A stretch of 64,000 bases of DNA, taken from contig CBDFMO010000016.1 of assembly GCA_965249705.1 (NCBI GenBank), forward strand, positions 58,063-122,062, written 5' to 3'. The notes beneath the pieces were generated by a model that made no database searches, was not told the DNA's origin, and saw nothing but the letters and a program-made list of their open reading frames with translations. This document shows, in pieces, positions 55,957 to 64,000 of this stretch (position 1 is the stretch's first letter; each line of letters opens with the position of its first letter). Made by a program: the position numbers and the translations under genes. This DNA is from Sphingomonas sp. (lineage in GTDB: Bacteria > Pseudomonadota > Alphaproteobacteria > Sphingomonadales > Sphingomonadaceae).

Positions 55957-57480
55957 ATGCCGGAGCGTATCGTCATCGTGGGAGCAGGGGTCGGCGGGCT
56001 GGTATCCGCCGCCCTGCTCGCCGCGCGCGGTCATGACGTCACGGTGCTCGAAGCCCAAGCGATCCCCGGCGGCAAACTGCGCGCCATCGACGGCATCGAT
56101 GCCGGGCCGACGGTGTTCACCCTGCGCACGGTCTTCGACGAAATCTTCGACGCCTGCGGCGCGCGACTCGACGATCATGTGACGCTCGCCCCGGCGACGA
56201 TTCTTGCGCGCCATGCCTGGAGTGACGGTTCGACGCTCGACCTGTTTGCCGATCCCGACGCCAGCGAGCGGGCAATTGCCGATTTTGCCGGCACCGGCGC
56301 GGCGACCGGGTATCGCCGTTTCCGGCGCGAGGCGAAGCGGCTGCACGCGGCGCTCGACCGGCCCTTCCTGCGCGCGGCCAAGACCGACCCGCTGACGCTG
56401 GGCTGGCGGATGGGGTTGTCGGGATTTGCCGATTACTGCACGTTGCGCCCCTATAGCTCGATGTGGCGGGCGCTCGGCAGCTATTTCCCCGATCCGCGGC
56501 TGCGCCAGCTGTTCGGTCGCTATACGACCTATTGCGGGTCGTCGCCGTTCCACACCCCCGCCACGCTGATGCTGATCGCCGATGTCGAGGCGCAGGGCGT
56601 GTGGCTGGTCGACGGCGGGATGAACAGGCTGGGCGCCGCGCTGGCGACGCTGGCCGAACGGGCGGGCGCCACGCTGCGGTACGGCGCGCGGGTCACGCAG
56701 GTCCTGAGCGCGGGCGGCCGCGCGGCCGGGGTCGAAACCGCGCAGGGCGAGCGGTTCGCGGCGGACAGCGTGATCGTCAACGCCGACCCGGCGGCCCTTG
56801 GCACCGGTCGGTTCGGCGCGGCGGCCGCGCGCGCGGTGGGCGCGATGCCGGTGCGGGCGCGATCGCTGTCGGCGCTGGTCTGGCTGGCCCGGGGCACCAC
56901 CGGCGGCCTCCCCCTCACGCGCCACAATGTGTTCTTTTCGGACGATTATCGCGCCGAGTTCGACGCGATCGCGCAGGGCGGCGTGCCGTCGGCGCCCAGC
57001 GTCTATGTCTGCGCGCAGGACGACGACGCGTTCCAGATCATCGTCAATGCCCCTCCGAATGGCGACACCCATAGCTATACCCCGCAGGAGACCGACCGAT
57101 GCGCGACGCACATGCTGGCCACGCTGGAACGATGCGGGCTGAACCTCAGCCCCCAGTCGCTTTCGGTGCTGACGCCGAACGACTTCGAGCGACTCAATCC
57201 CTCGACGGGTGGAGCCCTGTATGGACGGGCCTCGCACGGGTGGGCGGCATCCTTCCGCCGCCAGGGGTCGCGCACCCGGATGCCTGGGCTCTATTGCGCG
57301 GGCGGGAGCACCCATCCGGGCGCGGGCGTACCGATGGCCGCACTTTCGGGACGGCTGGCATCCGAAGCCCTGCTCTCGGACCGCGCTTCGACCGCGAGGT
57401 CGCGGCCGGCGGCTATAGCTGGTGGTACATCGACGCGATCAGCGACGCCGAAGGTCCCGACGGGGGCAAATACGGCCTGA
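55957..57480 (+). CDS. crtD: 1-hydroxycarotenoid 3,4-desaturase
   Basis: FAD motif GAGVGGL, DAGPTVFT, FGRYTTYCGSSPF, HGWAASF, GGSTHPGAGVPMAALSG; RBS AAGGAG. Confidence 0.93.
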   Translation: MPERIVIVGAGVGGLVSAALLAARGHDVTVLEAQAIPGGKLRAIDGIDAGPTVFTLRTVFDEIFDACGARLDDHVTLAPATILARHAWSDGSTLDLFADPDASERAIADFAGTGAATGYRRFRREAKRLHAALDRPFLRAAKTDPLTLGWRMGLSGFADYCTLRPYSSMWRALGSYFPDPRLRQLFGRYTTYCGSSPFHTPATLMLIADVEAQGVWLVDGGMNRLGAALATLAERAGATLRYGARVTQVLSAGGRAAGVETAQGERFAADSVIVNADPAALGTGRFGAAAARAVGAMPVRARSLSALVWLARGTTGGLPLTRHNVFFSDDYRAEFDAIAQGGVPSAPSVYVCAQDDDAFQIIVNAPPNGDTHSYTPQETDRCATHMLATLERCGLNLSPQSLSVLTPNDFERLNPSTGGALYGRASHGWAASFRRQGSRTRMPGLYCAGGSTHPGAGVPMAALSGRLASEALLSDRASTARSRPAAIAGGTSTRSATPKVPTGANTA

Positions 57481-58361
57481 CGATCATCGCCTTCATCGGC
57501 AGCGTGTTCTCGCCCTATTACAAGGCCAGCGGGCGCGCGAACCCGCTCGACCATTGTGCGATCAACGTGGCGCTGACCGGCCCACGGGGCAATCGCTGGG
57601 CGATGACCGAGCGCGGCGAAGGTAGCGTGTGGCGCGACGCGGCGACGCTGTCGATCGGGCCGAGCGCGGTCCACTGGGACGGCAATGCGCTGGTCATCGA
57701 CATCGACGAGCGCTGCGCGGTCATGCCGTTCGGCGTGAAGGGACGCGTACGCGTGACGCCCGAGGTCATGGGGCCGACGGCGTTCGACCTGGGCGGCGGC
57801 CATATGTGGCACCCGATCGCGCCGCGCGCGCGGGTCGAGGCACAGTTTGCGACGCCCGGCATCAGCTGGTCGGGCAACGGCTATTTCGACTCGAACCGGG
57901 GTACCGAGTCGCTCGAGGCGGGCTTTCGCGACTGGCAGTGGTCGCGCGCGCATGTCGGCCCCGATGTCGGCGTGATCTACGAGGGGGTGCGGCGCGACGG
58001 GTCCGAATTCGGCATGGCGCTGCGCTGCGACAAATCGGGGCACTGGGCCGACGAGCCCCTGCCCCCGCGCCAGCGTCTGATGCCGACGCCGTTCGCCATC
58101 GGCCGCAGCACGCGCGCCGATGCGGGCTATCGCGCGCGGGTGGTGAAGACCTGGCTCGACGCGCCCTTCTATGCGCGCTCCGCGCTTCGTACCAAGATGT
58201 TCGGGCACGAGGGCGAAGGGGTCCACGAAAGCCTGTCGCTCGACAGGCTCGTCAACCCTGTGGTGCAGCGGATGCTGCCCTACCGGATGCCGCGCGTGGC
58301 ACTGCCAGGCGGTCGCGCTCGAATCGGCTTGCCAATGGCCATGCGATGGCCGTCGCAATGA
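57294..58361 (+). CDS. crtC: Carotenoid 1,2-hydratase (start uncertain; 5' end overlaps crtD)
   Basis: GGYSWWYIDA, IAFIGSVFSPYY, HxW (GHMWHP), YFD (GYFDSN), DAPFYARS, HESLSLDRL, MLPYRMPR. Confidence 0.9.
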   Translation: MRGREHPSGRGRTDGRTFGTAGIRSPALGPRFDREVAAGGYSWWYIDAISDAEGPDGGKYGLTIIAFIGSVFSPYYKASGRANPLDHCAINVALTGPRGNRWAMTERGEGSVWRDAATLSIGPSAVHWDGNALVIDIDERCAVMPFGVKGRVRVTPEVMGPTAFDLGGGHMWHPIAPRARVEAQFATPGISWSGNGYFDSNRGTESLEAGFRDWQWSRAHVGPDVGVIYEGVRRDGSEFGMALRCDKSGHWADEPLPPRQRLMPTPFAIGRSTRADAGYRARVVKTWLDAPFYARSALRTKMFGHEGEGVHESLSLDRLVNPVVQRMLPYRMPRVALPGGRARIGLPMAMRWPSQ

Positions 58362-59502
58362 GGCAGGCGCCCAGCCCGAGGGGACCGATCGCGCCATAGC
58401 CGCCGAACATTTGGGCGATGATCCCGGCGCCGAGCGAGCCGAACGACTGGAACAAGAGCCAGGTACCGGTCGTCATGACCGCCAGCCGTCCCGTCGCATC
58501 GGTTGAATAGGCAAGCCCGAGGAGCAGCGGATAGGTGATGAACCAGCTCACGTTGAACACGATGAGCGCCGAGGCGAACGCAAGCGGAAGCGATACCGTC
58601 GTCAGCAGCGCGCACGCGACGCCGCAGCTTCCGAGCGCAAGCGCCATCGGCCATGTCCGCGGCAACCGCGCGACGACGGCGACGAGGCTGAGATTGCCGA
58701 GCGCACTCAACAGCGTGGCAACGCTCTGATACTGTCCGAACGTCGTCGCCGACAGGCCGATGGCATGCGCGGCACGCTCCATGAAGGGCCAGATCGCGAG
58801 ACTACCGAATGCGAACAGGGCCATGGCGGCCAGCACGCGCCAGCCGTCGCGCCCGATCGGCGCGGCAGGCGCCTTCGGCGATATCGTGCCCTGTTTCACG
58901 CCGCCCGCATCGGGCAGCAGCAGCGTGCCGAGGCCCAGAACCGCGGATAATCCAGCAAGCGAGGCGAACATGCCGCCCACACCGTAAACAGCCCCGACCA
59001 TCGGCAGGCCGATATTGACGGCCGCGAACAGCGTGGTCTGAAAGGCGATACCTGCCGAGATCGCGCGCGCCGGATGCGCGGTGCGTCCGGCAGCCAGATT
59101 GACGGCACTGTTGAGCAGTCCGAAGCCGAACCCGGTTGCGATACGCCCGGCCAGGAGGAGCGGATACATGGCCGTTGTTGCCGAGAGCAATTGCGCGGCA
59201 ACCACAACGATGGTGGCCGCGAGCCCGATCGTCCGCGCGCTGACCGCCTGCGCGCGCGGGGCGACAAGGAACATGGCGGCGGCATAGGCAAGCGTTTCGG
59301 CCATGCTCCACGCCCCCATCTGGATGGGCGTGAACCCATAGCGATCGATCAGGCCACCGACGAGATAGGTTGTGAAGTTGTTGCCGATATGCGCCGCGCC
59401 GGTCGCAGCACCGATGCCCACGACGACCAGGGTCTGGGCCCGGCGCGACCCGGCCGCCGCCTGGCGCCCGCCGACCGTCCGTTGCGCGTCGACCGCCGTC
59501 AC
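58252..59502 (-). CDS. MFS transporter
   Basis: About 12 hydrophobic segments, LLLAGRIATGFGFG; GTG start overlaps the betC stop (GTGA). Confidence 0.8.
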   Translation of the reverse strand: MTAVDAQRTVGGRQAAAGSRRAQTLVVVGIGAATGAAHIGNNFTTYLVGGLIDRYGFTPIQMGAWSMAETLAYAAAMFLVAPRAQAVSARTIGLAATIVVVAAQLLSATTAMYPLLLAGRIATGFGFGLLNSAVNLAAGRTAHPARAISAGIAFQTTLFAAVNIGLPMVGAVYGVGGMFASLAGLSAVLGLGTLLLPDAGGVKQGTISPKAPAAPIGRDGWRVLAAMALFAFGSLAIWPFMERAAHAIGLSATTFGQYQSVATLLSALGNLSLVAVVARLPRTWPMALALGSCGVACALLTTVSLPLAFASALIVFNVSWFITYPLLLGLAYSTDATGRLAVMTTGTWLLFQSFGSLGAGIIAQMFGGYGAIGPLGLGACLIATAIAWPLASRFERDRLAVPRAASGRAASAAPQG

Positions 59503-61022
59503 GCCTGGCGCACGCGGGGAAAGCGGGCCGAGGCCTCGAGCAGCTCGAGGTCCATGTGGTTGCGGATATACTCGCGCGAAGCATCCCGAGGGGGGTGCCA
59601 GTCCCAGGCCTGATGCGTGCCGATCGCGTTTGCCGCCGCGACCAGGCGGCGGCGGTGCTGACTTGCCAGGACATCGGACTCGATCGCTCCAAGGTCCCAG
59701 CGCGTCGCGACTTCGTGGCGGAATGCCGCAACCACGTCGGCATGGGCCGGATCGCGCGCGCAATTCACCAGCTCGTCGGGATCGGCCGAGAGGTCGAAAA
59801 GCAAGTCAGGATCGCTTGGCGAATGAATGAATTTCCACTGGTTGCGGCGGATCATGACGATCGGCGCAATCGCCCCTTCGCCCAGATATTCGCCAATGAC
59901 CTCGTCATGCCCGGCGCCGTCCGACAAATGGGGAAACAGGCTGCGCCCGTCGAGGGGCATCGTATCGGCATGGCCCAGACCGGCAATCTCGAGCAGGCTC
60001 GGCAGCAGATCGACGAGCGACACGCTCGCATCGATGCTGCGCGGCGCAAAGCGGCCGGGCGCGCTGAAGATGAAGGGAATGCGCGACGCCCCTTCGAAGA
60101 AGTTCATCTTGTACCACAGGCCGCGTTCGCCAAGCATTTCACCATGATCGCTGCACAGGACGATGACCGTGTCGTCGGCCATCCCGCTTTCGGCCAGCGC
60201 GCCGAGAATCAGGCCGATCTGTTCGTCGACGAAGCTGATTGCGCCGTAATAGGCGCGCCGCGCCGCGATGACCTGTTCGTCGGTCACCGCGTCGAGATCG
60301 TTGCCGCAGACGTGCCGGAGACGCAGCGAGTGCGGATCCTGCGCGTCGAGCGGGATCGTGACACGGGGCCCCTCGATCTCCACGCCCTCGTACAGATCCC
60401 AGTAACGCCGGGGGATGGCGAAGGGATCATGGGGGTGCGTGAGCGATGCCACGAGGAAGAACGGCCGCGTGTCGCCGTCCGCCTGGCGAGCGAGGTCGAA
60501 CAGCTTGCGACGCGTCGTGAAGACCACTTCCTCGTCGAAATCGAGCTGGTTGGTCCGGATTGCCGGGCCGGCGGTCAGGACCGAATCCATCGAGTGATAC
60601 CAGCTGGGGCGATCGTCGAAGCGGGTCCAGTCGGGTGTCCAGCCGAAATCCGCAGGATAGATGTCGGTTGTCAGCCGCTCTTCGAAGCCGTGCAGCTGGT
60701 CGGGCCCCACGAAATGCATCTTGCCCGACAGGATCGTGCGATACCCCCCCGCCCGAAGATAATGGGCGACCGTCGGCGTGGTGGCGGCCAGCTCGCACGC
60801 ATTGTCATAGGCACCGATGCGTGACGGGAGCTGGCCCGAAAGCATCGAGAATCGCGAGGGTGCACACAGCGGGCTGTTGCAATAGGCGGACCGGAATAAC
60901 ACGCCTTGCGCCGCCAGCTTTGCCAAGTGCGGCGCCTTGACCGGAGATGTGCCAAGGAACGGGAGGGCGGCTGCGGCGAGCTGGTCCGCCATCAGCATCA
61001 GGATATTTGGTTGTCTGTTCAT
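59499..61022 (-). CDS. betC: Choline-sulfatase
   Basis: PNILMLMADQL, formylglycine motif LCAPSR, GKMHFVGPDQLHGFEERLTTDIYPADFGWTPDW, SDHGEMLGERGLWYKM, YIRNH...LE...RFPR tail. Confidence 0.9.
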   Translation of the reverse strand: MNRQPNILMLMADQLAAAALPFLGTSPVKAPHLAKLAAQGVLFRSAYCNSPLCAPSRFSMLSGQLPSRIGAYDNACELAATTPTVAHYLRAGGYRTILSGKMHFVGPDQLHGFEERLTTDIYPADFGWTPDWTRFDDRPSWYHSMDSVLTAGPAIRTNQLDFDEEVVFTTRRKLFDLARQADGDTRPFFLVASLTHPHDPFAIPRRYWDLYEGVEIEGPRVTIPLDAQDPHSLRLRHVCGNDLDAVTDEQVIAARRAYYGAISFVDEQIGLILGALAESGMADDTVIVLCSDHGEMLGERGLWYKMNFFEGASRIPFIFSAPGRFAPRSIDASVSLVDLLPSLLEIAGLGHADTMPLDGRSLFPHLSDGAGHDEVIGEYLGEGAIAPIVMIRRNQWKFIHSPSDPDLLFDLSADPDELVNCARDPAHADVVAAFRHEVATRWDLGAIESDVLASQHRRRLVAAANAIGTHQAWDWHPPRDASREYIRNHMDLELLEASARFPRVRQA

Positions 61023-61090
61023 CGCCGCAGCTTAACCGGATATTACGCAGACGCTACGCCCTACGATGTTAAATTGTGCTTTTGCGTGTC

Positions 61091-62728
61091 CTAACCCGTC
61101 GCCAGCCGCGCCGTCGCATGGCTTATCGCAATCACGCCGAGGCAGCTTGCCAGCGCCAACCACGGCCACCATCCGGCCCGCCCCGTCAGGTCGCCGCCCC
61201 GTGCTGTTTCTCCGGCCGAGTCGTCGCGGGGGAAGCGGCCGCCGTCCTGGACATAGTGCCGGAACACGAAGACCGGCACGATCAGAAAGCCGGCAATCAG
61301 GCCGTTGCGCAAGGTTCCTGGACCCCAGACGTCCGCGCCGGCGCCGAGGAACGCCATGTTGACGAAGCCGAACCCCGCGCCCAACGCGAGCAGCCAGCTT
61401 GGGCAGCGGAACGGCCGTGCCTGTTCGGGCCGGTCGATGCGGTGAATCCAGCCCGCCTGCAGGTTGAGAAAGTTGAAGATCAGGTAACAGACGTTGGAAA
61501 TCATCAGCACCGCAAAATAATCTGACGCGAGCAACAGGACGAGGTTGAAGCCGAGGTCGGTCCACATCGCCGCCGTCGGTGCGCCATGGCGATTGACCCG
61601 TGACAGATAGCGCGGCAGCCAGCCATCGAGCGAAGCCTGATACAGCGTGCGCGACGAGCCCATCATCGAGGTCATGACGATGAGCAACAACGCCAGGATC
61701 AGCATGGTGACGAACACGTTGGTCACGACGACACCACCGCCGACGATATGCGCCAGCGCCAGCGCCACGCCCGATCCATCATAGATACGCGGATCGAGCA
61801 GGCCGTCGAGGCCAAGCGAGGCCTGGAACGCCAGCGGCACGAGCGTGAAGATAACGATGCAAAGCAGCCCCGAGGCCAGGATCGCGCGGGGCGTATCGCG
61901 CGCCGGGTCGCGGAATTCACGCGTATAACATACCGCTGTTTCGAACCCGTACGTCGACCAGGCCGCGCCGAACATCGCCCCCATCAAGAGCGTCAACCCG
62001 GCGGCGTCCCACGATCCGAACCGGGCGTGGCCGGCAGCGTCGCGGACCAGCGGCAGCAATGGAAAAAGGTGATTTGTCGGCAGGTCGCCCGTCAGCAGCG
62101 GCACGAGCCCGACGAGGATCAGCGGCGCCAGGCAGACCGCGCCGATCAGCTTTTGCGCATGGGCCGCGCGCGCCGCGCCATGATGCTGGAGCGTGAAAGT
62201 CAGCACCAGGAACCCGGCTGCAATGATCGACACGGCGTTGATCCTCAGGCTCAGCCCGGGGCGGATGAAATCCAGGGCGAGCAGCGGGACCTGCCAATGG
62301 TTGATTGCCGCGTCGGGCGCGAACAGGCTTGCCATCACATAGCCCGCGCCCAAGCTGGTCCCGAGCGCCAGGACCGGCGACCAGGCCAGCCAGTTGCACC
62401 AGACCGAAACGGGCGCGACGAACTTGCTGTAGGGCAGCCAGGCCGCGGCGCCATAGACCGAGGCGCCGCCCGACTTGTGCGGAAAGAGCCCGGCGATCTC
62501 GGCATAGACGAACGATTGGATGAACCCCATCAGGATCGAGGCGATCCAGACCACCCAGCTCGGCTGGCCGATCACCGTTGCGATCCCGCCCATCGTCAGC
62601 AGCACGCCCGCAGGCACACCGCTCGACGCCCAGAACGCGCCCTTCCAGTCGAGGCTGCGGTGCAGTCCGCCCGCGGGGGAGCTGATCAGGTTCGCAGCCC
62701 GGGCGAGCGGCAGCTCATCGGCCATCAT
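61091..62728 (-). CDS. APC-family amino acid/amine permease
   Basis: LDWKGAFWASSGVP, YAEIAGLFPHKSGGASVYG, GFETAVCYTREF, GSSRTLYQASLDGWLP; 12 or more TMs. Confidence 0.85.
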   Translation of the reverse strand: MMADELPLARAANLISSPAGGLHRSLDWKGAFWASSGVPAGVLLTMGGIATVIGQPSWVVWIASILMGFIQSFVYAEIAGLFPHKSGGASVYGAAAWLPYSKFVAPVSVWCNWLAWSPVLALGTSLGAGYVMASLFAPDAAINHWQVPLLALDFIRPGLSLRINAVSIIAAGFLVLTFTLQHHGAARAAHAQKLIGAVCLAPLILVGLVPLLTGDLPTNHLFPLLPLVRDAAGHARFGSWDAAGLTLLMGAMFGAAWSTYGFETAVCYTREFRDPARDTPRAILASGLLCIVIFTLVPLAFQASLGLDGLLDPRIYDGSGVALALAHIVGGGVVVTNVFVTMLILALLLIVMTSMMGSSRTLYQASLDGWLPRYLSRVNRHGAPTAAMWTDLGFNLVLLLASDYFAVLMISNVCYLIFNFLNLQAGWIHRIDRPEQARPFRCPSWLLALGAGFGFVNMAFLGAGADVWGPGTLRNGLIAGFLIVPVFVFRHYVQDGGRFPRDDSAGETARGGDLTGRAGWWPWLALASCLGVIAISHATARLATG

Positions 62729-62843
62729 CGTTGCGCTTCCCCCCATCGCCCTCGACGGAGTATGCCGCGTTCGGGCGCGGCAGCAACTGCTTGCCGGATA
62801 TTCGGGAAACAGGCGCTATGTGCCGGCGGTCCGGTTCATTGCG

Positions 62844-62981
62844 TCAGGATCGGTCGTCGTCTCGCTTTTCCGGCTGGTCGTCGGACTTCATCGTGCGCAG
62901 CGACCGCAGCTGCCAGAAGCCGAACCCGAACACGATCAACAGCGTCAGCCCCGCTTCGATGATCCCGAAATAGCCCTTCAT
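62844..62981 (-). CDS. Small 45-aa single-TM protein coupled to bchO (not in ORF track)
   Basis: Manual translation: MKGYFGIIEAGLTLLIVFGFGFWQLRSLRTMKSDDQPEKRDDDRS*; ATG overlaps the bchO stop (ATGA). Confidence 0.7.
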   Translation of the reverse strand: MKGYFGIIEAGLTLLIVFGFGFWQLRSLRTMKSDDQPEKRDDDRS

Positions 62982-63865
62982 GCGGCTTTCCCCTCGGCAG
63001 CAAGGATAGCATGGGTGCGTGCAAATTGCAGGATGTGGCCGACCGCCAGCGCGGGCGCCTCCTCATGTGCGAGATGGCCCAGTCCCGGCAGTATCTCCAG
63101 CGTGCAATCCGGGATCAGGCCAGCCGATTCGCGGGCAGCCGCCACGGGAATGGCAACATCCCCGTCGCCGTGCAGCATCAGCATCGGGCCGGAAAGCAGC
63201 GGGAGGTCGCGCTTCAACGGCAGCAGATCCCAATCGGCCATCATGCCGATCGCGCCCGCGCAATGCGCCGACGTGCCGAACAGCCGCGCATAGGCGGCGA
63301 TCCCCGCGGCGTCGATCGTCGATCCCGTGCTGCGCGCCAGGAACCGTTCGACGGCGCCCGGCCCTCGCGCGACCGACGCAAAGAGGTGTGGCGCGAGCGG
63401 ATTGACGAACAACAGCTTCGCCATGGTCGGAAAAAGGTGCTGTGCAATTCCGGGAAAGGGCAGCAGCGCCGGCGCGACGCCGACAATGCCGGCCGGCTGG
63501 ACCATCCGGTTGATGACCATCCGGATGGCGACTGCCGCCCCCGCCGAATGGCCCACGACGAGCACGGGATCGGCCTGCAGCTCGGACAAGAGATAGGCGA
63601 TCGCCCGGGCGATACCGGGCATGGTCAGCCCATTCGGCGGACGGCCCTTGGTAAAGCCATGCCCCGGCAGGTCGGGCGCGATCACGCGAAAATGCTGCGC
63701 CAGCGGATGCAGCATATCGCGCCAGCTGTGGGTCGCGGCACCAGTACCGTGCAGGAGGAGCAACACCGGCCCGTCGCCGGCGATCTGCACATGCCAGTCG
63801 ATGCCGCCGAGCCGCACCGATTCGCTGTTCATGCAGTTTGGCCAGCCGGCGGGTGGCAGACTCAT
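62978..63865 (-). CDS. bchO: Alpha/beta hydrolase BchO (Mg-chelatase accessory)
   Basis: LLLHGTGAATHSWR, PDLPGHGF, nucleophile elbow GHSAG, GHLAHEE; directly after bchD. Confidence 0.9.
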   Translation of the reverse strand: MSLPPAGWPNCMNSESVRLGGIDWHVQIAGDGPVLLLLHGTGAATHSWRDMLHPLAQHFRVIAPDLPGHGFTKGRPPNGLTMPGIARAIAYLLSELQADPVLVVGHSAGAAVAIRMVINRMVQPAGIVGVAPALLPFPGIAQHLFPTMAKLLFVNPLAPHLFASVARGPGAVERFLARSTGSTIDAAGIAAYARLFGTSAHCAGAIGMMADWDLLPLKRDLPLLSGPMLMLHGDGDVAIPVAAARESAGLIPDCTLEILPGLGHLAHEEAPALAVGHILQFARTHAILAAEGKAA

Positions 63866-64000
63866 CGGACCGCCTTCACTGCGCCCGCCAGTCCGGCGGC
63901 GTCGGCACGGGGCAAGGGCAGGTAGCGCGCGTGCATGGCGGTTGCGAGTTCGGCGCCCTCCGGTCGCGGCCGGCTGGAAATATCGACGAAGACCGCCCCG
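63862..64000 (-). CDS. bchD: Magnesium chelatase subunit D, C-terminal fragment (gene continues beyond window)
   Basis: Manual translation: GAVFVDISSRPRPEGAELATAMHARYLPLPRADAAGLAGAVKAVR*, matching the BchD vWA terminus; stop overlaps bchO ATG. Confidence 0.85.
   Translation of the reverse strand, partial: GAVFVDISSRPRPEGAELATAMHARYLPLPRADAAGLAGAVKAVR

Noticed and set aside
62770-62800. Possible sigma-54 promoter upstream of the APC permease (GGCAAGCAGTTGC on the minus strand)
   Set aside because: GG-to-GC spacing is 9 nt, not the required 10
62836-63066. 76-aa track ORF (MRRRPRW...) downstream of bchO
   Set aside because: Overlaps bchO out of frame with no features; the 45-aa ATGA-coupled ORF in another frame explains the region better

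Overview
GC-rich alphaproteobacterial chromosome segment. Gene content suggests a Sphingomonas-like Sphingomonadaceae member; this is inferred and not database-confirmed. The left third (1-23 kb) is mostly housekeeping: glmS-glmU, gph, phoR-pstSCAB-phoU-phoB, an SDR, cysE, tauE, moaED, pgsA, an LplT-like MFS, an ECF sigma/anti-sigma pair and DUF3422. It also holds a four-gene cassette of unknown function: a Cys-containing putative substrate, a PqqD/RRE-like protein, an HPr-kinase-related kinase and a nucleotidyltransferase. The rest (23-64 kb) is an anoxygenic photosynthesis gene cluster of aerobic type: cycA, bchP-pucC-bchG, ppsR-ppaA, bchFNBHLM-lhaA-puhABC-hyp-acsF-puhE-hemA, pufBALMC with a tetraheme PufC, bchCXYZ, crtF, crtDC, and bchO plus the 3' end of bchD. 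Two non-photosynthetic blocks interrupt the cluster: a spermidine-synthase-like gene with a small DUF6481-like gene, and an APC permease + choline sulfatase + MFS block lying downstream of bchD-bchO on the same strand. Reading the sequence directly also gave pufA, pufB and three further small ORFs below the ORF-track cutoff, arrays of PpsR operators with a 26-bp period, and a Pho box. No rRNA, tRNA, CRISPR array or mobile element was recognised.
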